Assembly: GCF_001194135.2 (NCBI RefSeq)
Contig: NC_068983.1
Span: 33,673,157-33,707,347, forward strand
Source: Octopus bimaculoides
Taxonomy: Eukaryota
Length of the DNA: 34,191 nucleotides
Direction of reading: 5' to 3'
The first letter of the stretch is position 1. Each line of letters opens with the position of its first letter. The notes beneath the pieces are model-generated. The model saw nothing but the letters and a program-made list of their open reading frames with translations. It did not search any database and was not told the origin of the DNA. The position numbers were made by a program, and so were the translations under genes. Of this stretch, positions 12,407 through 23,749 are shown piece after piece.

Positions 12407-15400
12407 GGTATATTTGATCTAGCTTGATTTCGAGTTAAACAGCGCCAATGATTAAATTTTTCACACAACTTTCAAAAGCACGTAATGTCGTAAATGACTG
12501 GTTCAGTAATCTCTAGAATTATCAAAACATTTAAAACCTCTACCACTGATAATGTAGACATCTACAGATGCTGCTTACATTTTCTAGTCTATAGCTTTCC
12601 ATTTCAAACTTGCTGGTTTGCTTGCAGTGATCCGTTCCTCTCAGTATTAGAAAATGTTAGATATGCAAGTTTTTTTTTCCCGATTATTTTGCTTTGATTA
12701 CTGTGCAGTTGTTTGCCAAGATTTATATTTAATTCCGTTAATTAAAGGCTAATCGAACAAACGGAATAATGAAAACAAATAACAAAAGCAGCAAAAATAA
12801 CTATTTCGAAATAAACAATATGTTTGGTATGAGGTATTAATGGAAATAAATAAATAGATGGTAAAGACCGATAAATCTATTTCTAATTAGGAAGGAAGAT
12901 GTTAAGTGTATTTATATATACTTTTATTTTCTGGCCGATATTTTCGATTATCAATAATAAGATATAAATAAAATGGTACAAAATAAAGCAGAGAAGCTAA
13001 ATGAAGAGGCGTAATATAAGAACTGCAATACAAATGGAATAGTAACCTGTGGCTTTAATAAAAGAAAACATGAGAAACGATATGATGAAAATGAATGCAG
13101 CAGATTAAATGAAAATAAAAAGATGAAAGAAAATTATAATATATTATTTAACTACAAAAATTTTCTTTATCAGAAAGGAGAATGGAAATTTATCAAGTTC
13201 ATAGACATGACGTTTTATCAGCAGCAGAAGGACAGTTTAATGTTTTTAAGTGTGAATTGAACACTTGTTAATGATTTAACACCATTAACAATACTTTTGC
13301 ATTCCTCAGCACTCGATAAAGGAGAAATATTATTGTTGTGAGCAGAGATGTAGTCGAACGGAAATTCTTGATTGTGTCATATATTTACCTCATGGATTAT
13401 ATAGTTGTTGTTATTTGATTGCCAATAAATTCTGGTTCAACTAATCTGTAATCAAAGGCATTCCATCCATTGCCATCAATTCATGTTTTGGGGTGTATAA
13501 AATTGAAACGATCAAACTGTAGATGGTGGAGCGATTTGGTTGCTCTTTCGAGCTTTTGATTCAACTACATCGAAACCTTTTCGTGCTGATATGCATTTTT
13601 GTTTGCCGTAAGTTTTAAAGTACATTACTAAATATATGCAATTGAAAATAGAAGCTGGGTTGTGGTTATGGCAGACCAAGGACATTTCTTACTCTAAAAA
13701 GGAGACACGGATAACGTTTTTCTTGTGAATAGGTAGGAAGGCATCATACTTCAGCGAAAACATAAATAATGGTCTTCCTTTACTTCGCATGTGCACCAAC
13801 GGTGAAATTTTGGTGAAATAGCATTACCTGTTGTTTAAAATGCATTGTAAACTTGAATCGCATAGAACCACTCTCATATCTAAGTCTCTTCATCTTCCTC
13901 TAAGGTGCGCATAATTGAAAATGTTTAGTGAAATAAAATATTAGGTCTGTAGGTCGGAGATTGGAATTGAAATAAATGAGTTTCAGTGACATCATCCCAT
14001 CTACTTCCATACATTTTAACCTTATCTCAATTGTATTGTCACTGGAAGATTTAAGCTTGTATGTAATTTTTTAGTAGTTCATTTATAAGAACTGTATGGA
14101 CAAGGTTAAGATATATCTCTTTAGTAATGCATTTTATGCGTTTCTTTGAATTGTATCAGTTTCATATACGCGTAGATAGAAATAGCATTATCTATGAGAT
14201 ATTTCACAAAATAAACCGAAGTGGAAACTATTTGACATACTTTAATATAACTGAATGTATTAAAGGATTTATTTTCCGCCGCATTTAATTTTGTCTAGAG
14301 TCGCAGTTCACTTGTTACATTGTCGATAATGCAATCATCGTATTCCATTACAAAAAAATGAATGTACAAAACGTAAACTTTTACCCGCAAAGGAAGCCTA
14401 AATATGTGTTGGTGTAAGGAATAATATTCTTCCCTTGATAAGCGTAGAAGTGTAGTGTTCAATTTTCGTTTATTTTAACAATTCCGTATTTACATAGAAT
14501 AAAATAGTTACTTAAAAGTTTTCAAAAGTTACAGGAAGAAATATCTGTCTCTTGTAAAGGTAACGTTAATGTTTATATACAATTCACTTCAACATCACAA
14601 AAGCCATCGAGGAACTTCTACGTGGCAGGGTAACTTGCTAGATATTATAGTAAAATCTCCCGCAAATGAAATTTCTGGATATCAAAAGATGAAAGATATA
14701 TTGTATAATGCTTCTGCTTTTTGACATACTGAAAAGATAAGATGGTTGTGGATGGAATAGTTTCTATCATAGAAATACTGACTAATTTATAGATCTTGGG
14801 CTAACAACAAATGTAACTTCACGTTGCTGAGACAAGAAAATTTCCTTGAAAGTGCTATAAACAAGCCGCCAATTAAGATACACATTACTGTCTTGATAAT
14901 TGAAAAGTACATTGAATATTTCAGTGGTGTAGCGAAAACAGGAATGCGAGTTGGCCAAACCTCTGCCAAAGCTTACACTAATTTTAAGAGGTGCGACACA
15001 TACATGCACTTTTGTTTTATTTTTAAGAAAACCAAAGTTTCATCAGAATTAGAACTCTGTGTATTGCAAAACTAACCCAATAAAATAGGTTTAATATGAT
15101 TTAAGATTAAATGGTGTTTTAGCTCTTTTAGCACGAAAGAATAATATTTTACCAAAGATACGGAAACTGTTTGGAAACGAGTTGAAAATTAACTGGCAGT
15201 CCCATTATGACTCTAATGTGCGTGAATTTTCCTATAATTAGTTATCGGCGCAATAAACTATAGAATAAGATTCCATAATTCTATTTCTAGAACTCAAGTA
15301 AACATTCATAACAGATGCCTAATGGGAAATTCGAAGGGGTTCAGAAGACGAAAATTTTTAGTTCACATACCGAAGGAAGGTACAACCGAGGATGGATCAT

Positions 15401-16069
15401 CCTGATGTATAAGATGATTTCACTCATGTTTCTTCAAGTAATTTGATGGTGTTTTCTTTTAAAATAAATAATAATCGTAGATGTCCATAGAATAATTAGG
15501 ATTTTTTTCCAAGTAGTTGTAATTAATTTCACATTGTTACAACAGAATAAATAATACACTAGCGTATAGTGAGGTGAAAATAAGAATTTGATTTCAATTT
15601 TAAATAGCTAATTATAGTTTAATAATTTTAACCATCAATGAGAAGCATTTTAACTATTTCCCTTTAAAATCTAATTACGTTGTGTGTGTGTGTGAGGATT
15701 CTATTTTATTCTTACAAAACCATTGATATGCAGTGTCCATTTTTCATTTATAATTTCAAATATTCAACCATTTAATATCCTATATACAGTAATGCCATTA
15801 TCATATAACTACTTTAGGAATTGTATCAATGTGGGATTTCATCCTAAATCATTGAATTGTGTGAGTGGAAAAGAAAACAAGGAAGTCAATCAATACGATT
15901 GAAATTAAATAACGAATTGAAAATGTAATACCACATTTGTTTAACCAGTAACGCAGGTTCGACATCACTGCGTCGGGTGTTTTGTCAAATCACATTGGAT
16001 TAAACAAATCTTCAAAGTAGAATTTGACAGACACCACTGCCGTCGCCGTCGTCGTCTTCGTCGTCATAA

Positions 16070-16440
16070 CCACCACCACCACCATCATTAACATTTAAGG
16101 TCATTAAGGTGGCATGTTTTGGACGTTTTTGGTAAGATTAGGCAGGCCACAGGGACACAAACCGTTTGAATTTTTCTGTGTCGCATTGGCATGGTTTTTA
16201 CGGCTGGATGACCTTCCTAATACCAACCAATTTACAGCGTGTTCAGGTCCTTTTTCTTTCTGCGTCACCGGCACAAGTGACCTAGTGAGGTCGCCGAGTA
16301 ACTTGGATGACAAAGAAAGACCGCGAAGAAGTAAGACTGAGAGGAGGAGATGGGACGTGATTTCTATGCTAGATATTGAATGACTAAAGTGTGACAGAGA
16401 CAACACCAAGTGTCTCGCTATAGAGGAGATAGATACAAAG
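16070..16440 (-). mobile_element. RTE-type 3' tail repeat (LINE end or LINE-derived SINE)
   Basis: Plus strand shows (CAC/CAT)n-atttaa...ggcatgttttggacg...tggcatggtttttacggctggatgaccttcctaataccaacca, recognised as the reverse complement of an RTE-like 3' end with a (GAT/GGT)n tail. Confidence 0.6.
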
Positions 16441-16561
16441 CTACTGCATATTAAAAACGTGTGGGTGAGAGTAAGAAAGAAATAGACATGGCGCTGACGA
16501 TGAGTATCTCAATATGAAGATGGTTGACTTATGAGGATCATATGATAGGAAGTTTCATAAG

Positions 16562-16631
16562 TGTGAGGGGAGGAAAATATTATAGATGATTAGCGATGTG
16601 AAGGGAGGAAAATATAATAGATGATTGGCGA
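16562..16631. repeat. 35-bp tandem duplication in a purine-rich tract
   Basis: tgtgaggggaggaaaatattatagatgattagcga vs tgtgaagggaggaaaatataatagatgattggcga (3 mismatches). Confidence 0.9.
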
Positions 16632-18413
16632 TGAGGAAAAAAGATGAATATACCGATTGATGAAAAAATATGGGGAAGTGCCTGATGAAAGATGCCAGTA
16701 TGGGAGGCGGATAAGCTGAAAAATATTGGGCTAGATCAGGGAGGGGCAGAATGATGTGCAAGGTGTCGGAGCGGTGAGGAGCCAAATGTAGAGGTACATA
16801 AGTAGGCAATGAAAAGTGGGGCGTGGTGGTAGATACGAGAGATGTAATATTAATAATAAGGTATGACAGGCAAGAGATAACAATGACTGCGGGTAAAGAA
16901 AGGAGGTGGTTAGCGGAAATAGAGTTGGTAAGGATGATAATGAGAAATGGAATTGTCTCAGAGGAGAGAAGAGGGAAATAACTAGAGGCACCCTATTCGC
17001 TGAGAGATTCTGAACTGCATTTTGAAGTGAGAGAGCATTTAAAAAAATGTTATGAAGGTATGATTAGGTTCTTAAAATGCACTCGTTGTAACCATTGTTG
17101 TTTCTCAGTGTTGACAAATTTTCAGTAACGTTTCGCCAATATCCTTATATGATATCGTTAGTATTTCATTTTTATTACTCTCGCACTTGTGGAATGGTGC
17201 GTCAACACCTCATATTGGTGGGGAGTCTGATAATCGTTCCTTATTTCATAATAGTGATTGCTCGACACAATTCTCTCTTATGCCAATATAGGAGTCACTT
17301 GGTGCTATGTTCGTTGTTTAACCAAATCCTCTGACTAAAAGAAGCGGTTTTCTAAATGGATATTATTCCACCTTGTGATTTCCAGCAGAATATTAATTAT
17401 ACGCAGCACGTTAACAGCAAGCATTCACGTTTCATCCATTATTTTCAGTGCAGAATGATTTATTCTTTCACTAAGATCTAATACGAGCAAAACATGTTCA
17501 GAGTTATCTCGCTTACTTCCACAAATGGTTTAATAAACATGATGTAGTTAATACCATTTTCCCTCGATAGCAAAATATTTTTAATTACGCTTTTGACTAC
17601 CTCTGTATTACTGTACTATTGATTTACATACAGATGACATTTCTAAGTAATTAGCATCAATGGTTTATTTATTAACTTTCCTTTGAATCATTCAAGCTGG
17701 AGAGGATAGGCAAGTTTTTTTTTTAATTATCTGACATTTTTTTAAAAATCCAAACTATTCTTTGGGAATTACCTCTTAATGAGCTAAGGCTAAATACTGG
17801 TTCAGTTATAATATGCGTAACGTCTGTCCTAGGAAATATTGATTTAAGAGCACTAAGCTTATCAAAAGAGCTTTAGCAATCCACTTGATCTCTGCAAAAA
17901 TACTTACTCACAGAAGGAGTGCAGAAAATGGATGAATAAGGTGTGCGATACAACGCTACACTTTACTTTTAAAAGCATACACATGCTCCCTTTAATCCCC
18001 TCATTTGATATGATTATCAAATCTGAAGATCAAGTTATTTGGTGTAATTGAAGTATATTTATCAAAACCTGTAATTTAGTCAAATCACGTTGTATGTGAC
18101 TTCAGAAATAAGAAAAGCAGAAACTGAACTTAATAGCCTCTGCTATTACTTCTTAAATAACAAATAAAAAAATTGTACCTAAATAACTTTAAAACTAAAT
18201 GCTCAAGTAATACAACCTAAATATATAGTGTGAGTTTAACTTCCGTTTCTAGCAACCTGTATCATAACAGGAGAAGGGTGCAAATATTTTATGCTTAACT
18301 TCAGTCTCCACTAAGTTCAATGTTGTAATTTTTAATGCACACTTCAGATTGAGTCATGTTTTAGAGTAATGTGAAACAACAAAGTTGTAAGTTGTATTCT
18401 GTAATACAATGTG

Positions 18414-18730
18414 TGGAGGCGTGCGACACATTGGCTAGAGTATTCGGCTTACGATTGTAAGGTAGTGAGTTCAATACCCGGTGATGCGTTGTGTCCTTGA
18501 GCAAGACACTTTATTTCACGTTGTTCCACTCCACTCATCTGCCAAAAATGAATTGTACATGTAATTCAAATAGTCAGCTTTGTTACATTCCGTGTCACAC
18601 TCAATCTTCATAAGTACTACGTTAAGGGTTGCGCGTGTTTGTAGGGTGCTTAGCTACTTGCACGTTAATTTCACGAGCAGGTCGTTCCGTTCATAGGATC
18701 AAGTGGAACCGTTGCCGTCGTAAGCGATGG
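18414..18730 (+). mobile_element. tRNA-derived SINE (group 1 head and core, different 3' tail)
   Basis: gtggaggcgtgcg...gagttcaatacccgg...gcgttgtgtccttgagcaagacactttatttcacgttgttccactccactca matches the 899-1163 head and core; the tail is unrelated. Confidence 0.8.
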
Positions 18731-19110
18731 AGTCCCAAGAAGTAACATATTGTAAAATGTAGAAATTGCTCTTCAACAATAAGTATATAACTGATAAAAT
18801 ACTGGAACCAACGCTCTGAAATGCAGCTTTATTATCTTATGGAACGTAATGTTACATACTGCAAGCTGTGTGATGAATATATAAATATCTCTGTATAGTG
18901 GAGCAGTATAACTTATAAGCTGTATTACAAAGCATAATAATCTGTTGAAAAATATAATCTGTACAAAATTGCGTAATTCCCGAATTATTGTTCGTAAAGT
19001 GTAACATATACTTCACTGCGATAAAAATAAATATATTTTTGCGATCTGCAGAAATATTGTTAATAAATTGTTAATTTAAATCTTTATATGTTTGTGAGTT
19101 TTATTAATAA

Positions 19111-19311
19111 ATTAGGGAACGATATATACTTTCATTCATAAATTTATATTGAAATAAATACTTTCATGATTGTATTAATCGTGATCAGATTTATAAATGA
19201 AATATATATATTAGTGAACGATAGATACTTTCATTCATAAATTTATAATGAAATAAATACTTTCATGATTGTATTAATCGTGATCAGATTTATAAAGGAA
19301 ATATATATATT
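19111..19311. repeat. 99-bp tandem duplication
   Basis: 19111-19209 vs 19210-19308, 4 substitutions, no indels. Confidence 0.97.
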
Positions 19312-19525
19312 CAACCATTTAGACTTTACAAAGAACCCAGCAATAACGATATATATTCCATATAACAACATATCTGATGGCAAGACTAGTTTTGTTGTAT
19401 TTCAATTTTTATACTTTTGGGAAAGTGTTGCAAATACTATTGAGCTTTAGGACAAGTTCAGACTTAATCAAACTGACCTACAACACGCAACATATATTTT
19501 ATTGTCTTATATATAACTACATTAG

Positions 19526-19619
19526 TGAATGAGGTTTTCCTTAATAAAAGAAAAAAGGGCGTGACTGAATGGGGATTTGACTGCAATAACGAGCGGCCAC
19601 AGAATGGCTCCTGGCACCC
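19526..19619 (+). CDS. Candidate coding exon, product unknown
   Basis: attAG|TG AAT GAG..., open frame NEVFLNKRKKGVTEWGFDCNNERPQNGSWH, possible donor CC|GTATGA; GC-richer island in AT-rich surroundings; no homology recognised. Confidence 0.2.
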
Positions 19620-19840
19620 GTATGAAACTGAGATTAATGCAAGCGAATATACATTCTTTTTCACATAGAAAAATAACATTTATGATTTGAGAATGGTGAA
19701 AACTTGTCGAGTAACAAGAAAAGTCTAAATACTGATAGACTGATTTTGATTAATTAAAGAATATAAATATTAAATTAATTACCACAACGAATCCAATGAC
19801 ACAGTCTTCTGTCATCAGCATATTCAATGAAACTTGGATC

Positions 19841-19872
19841 ACTTACCTGAAAGAAGAGAGAAAAGGAATTAA
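19841..19872 (-). promoter_or_regulatory. Strong 3' splice site directly followed by a consensus 5' splice site (candidate recursive splice point or exon start)
   Basis: Minus strand reads aattccttttctctcttctttCAG|GTAAGT, junction 19847/19846. Confidence 0.5.
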
Positions 19873-20130
19873 ATAATGGATATGTAATAAACTATATTAT
19901 TTTTTGATAGTTTCTCAATGTATAATTTCCTAAGAACATTACAAGAAAGCATAAATCCAAATTAAGCTTATTTCTTAATTTACCAATTGCACAACTGTGT
20001 TGGGAGGGGCAATTTGTTATGTATTGAAATATTGCAGTACGGTCTTCTTGCATGAATTATGCAAAGGTATATTAGAAAGGTTTATATATGAATCTATATG
20101 TATACATATTCATACACATACTCATTCACT

Positions 20131-20167
<37 letters not shown>

Positions 20168-20865
20168 ACGCACACAAACACACGTATGTGTGTATGTATA
20201 CATTCACATGAAACTCGGTATTTCGGTTTATATGACGTTACTTTAAACTGTTGTTATAATATATTCCCTTACTAACAATAATATATTCCAATGATTATTT
20301 TTGCATTCTTGCGGTGACGTCCGATAAATTATCAAATATATCTTCCTTCATTTAATAGATATTGTATAATAATGAATAAGTTTATACATGTTAGTGCATT
20401 GATGATATTCAATATGAATACTCTGAATTAAACATAATAACATACCCGTAAATTAATCTTTTAGTAAAATCCCGTTTATAAGAGTTCTCTTTTAAACAGA
20501 TTCGTTTCATTTAAACATATAGATTATAGTAATATTACAAAAGGGTGCATTTCCATTTACCATATATAAATAGATATTCTCCAGTCCTTTTATATTAATG
20601 TACATAGGAGCTGGCAGAAAACATGCACAAACGCATGTGCGTATGTGTGTGTATGCGGATGCGTCTATGTGTAGATGTGTATATATGTATATATATATAT
20701 ATANNNNNNNNNNTATATAGGTTATGAGCGAAAGTGATGTCAATTAGACCCAGAGGTTTTAGGCAATGCTGAGTATGTGCTGTGGATAGACCATAGTCAA
20801 GCTCCAGGTTCGGTGATTATGCGAATAAGGGGTCCAACTTAGGTCATATATCAGCGTGTGAATAT

Positions 20866-20875
20866 NNNNNNNNNN
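20866..20875. other. Assembly gap flanked by an identical 50-bp overlap (20816-20865 = 20876-20925); another gap at 20704-20713
   Basis: Exact duplicate on both sides of 10 N. Confidence 0.95.
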
Positions 20876-20989
20876 ATTATGCGAATAAGGGGTCCAACTT
20901 AGGTCATATATCAGCGTGTGAATATAAGGATTTCGTAATGAGATAAAGAACCAAGGCTGTGTATAATATAGTACATTTATAAATAGAAG

Positions 20990-21036
20990 GTCTTAGAGCT
21001 GTTTCCAGGATATTTATTATACCCCTTCATCGGAGA
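20990..21036 (-). ncRNA. Minimal type-I hammerhead ribozyme (Penelope-type), mutated
   Basis: gtct-CCGATGA-agg-ggata(ataaa)tatcc-tg-GAAA-c-AGCT-cTA-agac. 4-bp stem I, 5-bp core stem II, palindromic AGCT loop. U4>C and G16.2>C relative to the canonical core. Confidence 0.65.
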
Positions 21037-21227
21037 CGGTGTGAGAGGATGGTTAAGCAATAGTTAGCTTACATAAGATAGGAAATAGAGAAAATGAAAT
21101 TAGGAATATTGTATTTTTAAATCCATTGTTTGAGCAGAATGGTATACATATAAGATTTCAATACCTTGGGAGTAAATCCAATAATCTTTAAGATTGGTCA
21201 TTGCATTTGTAAATCCATTATTAAGAC

Positions 21228-21417
21228 TCCAGTTCCCTATGAGTGTAATCCAACAGTCTTTGAAGTTGGTCATTCCAAATACAGAGTTTATACACAGTGT
21301 TATTGAATCAAGGGTTCTGTTTAAAGAGAGCCCTTGATTCAATGACACTGTGTATAGACTCTGTATATGGAATGACCAATTTCAAAGACAGTTGGATTTT
21401 ACTCATAGGCAATTGGA
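21228..21417. repeat. Long inverted repeat: 91-bp arms, 8-nt loop
   Basis: 21228-21318 vs 21327-21417: 81/91 Watson-Crick, 6 G-U (plus strand), 4 mismatches, no indels; partial third direct copy at ~21170-21205. Confidence 0.97.
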
Positions 21418-21671
21418 CGTTTGTGTTCTTTATGTCCTACCTTTGATTTATCTAAGCAGTGCAACACTCAACCTGTTGACTATTTTGTTATAATTCAGAC
21501 ACACATACACACACACACTCACACACATAAATACATACATATATACATACATGCATACATACATGCATACATACATTCATATATATTTGCAATGAGGAGT
21601 TGTTTTGAGTAGACTTTCAGTCATGTCTAGTGGGACCAAAAACTCGTTTTGGTGGTGAAGGAGGACTAGGA

Positions 21672-21932
<261 letters not shown>

Positions 21933-22581
21933 ACTGGAGAAAAATAAAGATTAAAGAAAAGAACAATATTTCTAAAATTTCTGGTTACCAATTAAAAAAA
22001 AATACAGAAATTAAGTTAGCACTTATTTTCTATTTTACGTCTCAAATATGTCTTAGCTTTCTTATCTGTTGTCTATAGACATTGTAAGAGTTTTATTAAA
22101 TTTATTCTTTATAGCTTTAATCCAATTCGGCAGACTCCAAGATATACTTTTACTCTCACATATTATCTTCTGTGTTATAGGATTATGGAGACGGCGTTAT
22201 TTAATAAACTAGAAACCTGATTAAAAATGATTATGTACATATATAAAGAGAAAAAAACCCCAGTCCTGTTTCTTTCTAGAAATATCTCTATTTTGTATGT
22301 TATCTCTTTCACAGTTTTTTTTTCTAGTTTCTTTTTATCTCAATCTAAATCTACATCTTTTAACTATTTACTTCGTAGTTGAAACATTAATAACGTGAAT
22401 GATACTGTTGATGCCTTTTATTCCTCCCCCTCCTCTCCTTTTTCTCCCCGCCTCTTCTTCTCTTCCTCTCCTCTCCCCTCCCCTCCCTTCCTATTACCTT
22501 CCCGCGTTCTCCCCACTCCTCCTCCTCCACCTCGTATCCTTTTCCTCCGCTCCACCATGCTTCTTCATCTTGTATTAAGTG

Positions 22582-22795
22582 GGTAGAATCTTCAGTGCGT
22601 CGAACAAAATGCTTAGCAGTTTTTTTTCAGCTCTTTATGTTCTGAGTTCACTCAAAACGTACAAAAAGTGGTCAGCTGGGTTTCTCTTAATTTTGGGGTT
22701 GATAAACAAAAAGACCAGTTTATTACTAAGCTTGATGTAACCAACTACCCCCATGCCCCTAAAAATGGTGGCTTGTGTGAAAATTCGAAAACTTA
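22582..22795 (+). mobile_element. Old diverged SINE (group 2)
   Basis: ggtagaatcttcagtgcgtcgaacaaaatgcttagc...tatgttctgagttcac...ttggggttgataaac collinear with 9915-10070. Confidence 0.6.
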
Positions 22796-22863
22796 ATTAT
22801 TGTACTACCATTCGGTCAGCTTTGATCTACCATATATATATGTATATATATACGTATATATAA

Positions 22864-22931
<68 letters not shown>

Positions 22932-23508
22932 AAAGAAGTACACAAGCGGGATTCGAACCTCACAGCAGCTGCTTTGAGAGCATTTTATAGATGCATTTTA
23001 TCTGGTTGTCTATACATGTGTGAGTGTGTGTGTATGTGTGTATGGGTGTGTATGTGTGTGTGGTGTTTGCGTGTGTGTTAAAGTACAGTGTGCACTAGCA
23101 AGCGAATACGAATTCTTTTCAATCAGCTTTCATGTAGAAATGTACAGCAGAAAACTGACCACCTCCACCCTTGACCCTCAAGAAATCTAACGCATGTCAA
23201 CTGGGTGAAGAAACTGCTAGAACCGCTCTCAGTTGGTTCTTCTTTCCCAGCAGAGTATCATTAGAAGCTTCTTGATATCCCTTGAGTAAGATATATACAC
23301 TCACATATATTCCACCATTTATCAGTTGACTTTTGAGTAGATAACCGAACACCTAGTAGACCATTAACATCTGGCTTATGTCTGCTTGACATCGAATTAT
23401 TGTAACCTGTGTGATATGCCTCCTGTTTTTCCCTTGTGTCTTGTTCACAAGTGTCTCTTGTTTACACGTTTTCTAATCAAAAAGCAACTGACAAATAGTT
23501 TGGCTTTC

Positions 23509-23560
23509 AGCTTGATGAATAGCGGAATAAATCATTTCCACTAGGAAAACCTGAGTAGCT
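23509..23560 (+). ncRNA. Highly degenerate hammerhead-like motif, probably Penelope-derived
   Basis: agc-TTGATGA-a-tagcggaa(taaatcat)ttccacta-g-GAAA-acctga-GTA-gct. 3-bp stem I, 7/8-bp stem II, C3>T, stem III broken. Confidence 0.35.
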
Positions 23561-23687
23561 CTTTGCAAGGTTTGTTTGTTTTAATTTAATTTTATAATTT
23601 AAATTACTCTGTTAGCTACTCACGTGCTTTTCTACTTGTTGAAACTTTAACACATACCTTTACAAACACACACACACACAAAAGCCC

Positions 23688-23748
23688 GCATACACGCACA
23701 TGCACGCACATGCACGCACATGCACGCACATGCACGCACATGCACACG
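23688..23748. repeat. 10-bp unit tandem repeat (GCACATGCAC)n
   Basis: About five consecutive units just upstream of the mariner ORF remnant. Confidence 0.9.
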
Positions 23749-23749
23749 T

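Larger units (their letters stand above)
20714..21095 (-). mobile_element. Penelope-like element terminal-repeat remnant
   Basis: Contains a minimal hammerhead with an AGCT-loop stem III, the arrangement typical of Penelope pseudo-LTRs. Boundaries approximate and interrupted by a gap. Confidence 0.55.

Noticed and set aside
16494-16520. CTGACGA followed by a small stem
   Set aside because: No GAAA after the stem and no stem I or III; not a hammerhead
20816-20925. Exact 50-bp direct repeat with a 10-nt spacer (could resemble a CRISPR unit or LTR)
   Set aside because: The spacer is an N gap; this is the typical unmerged contig overlap
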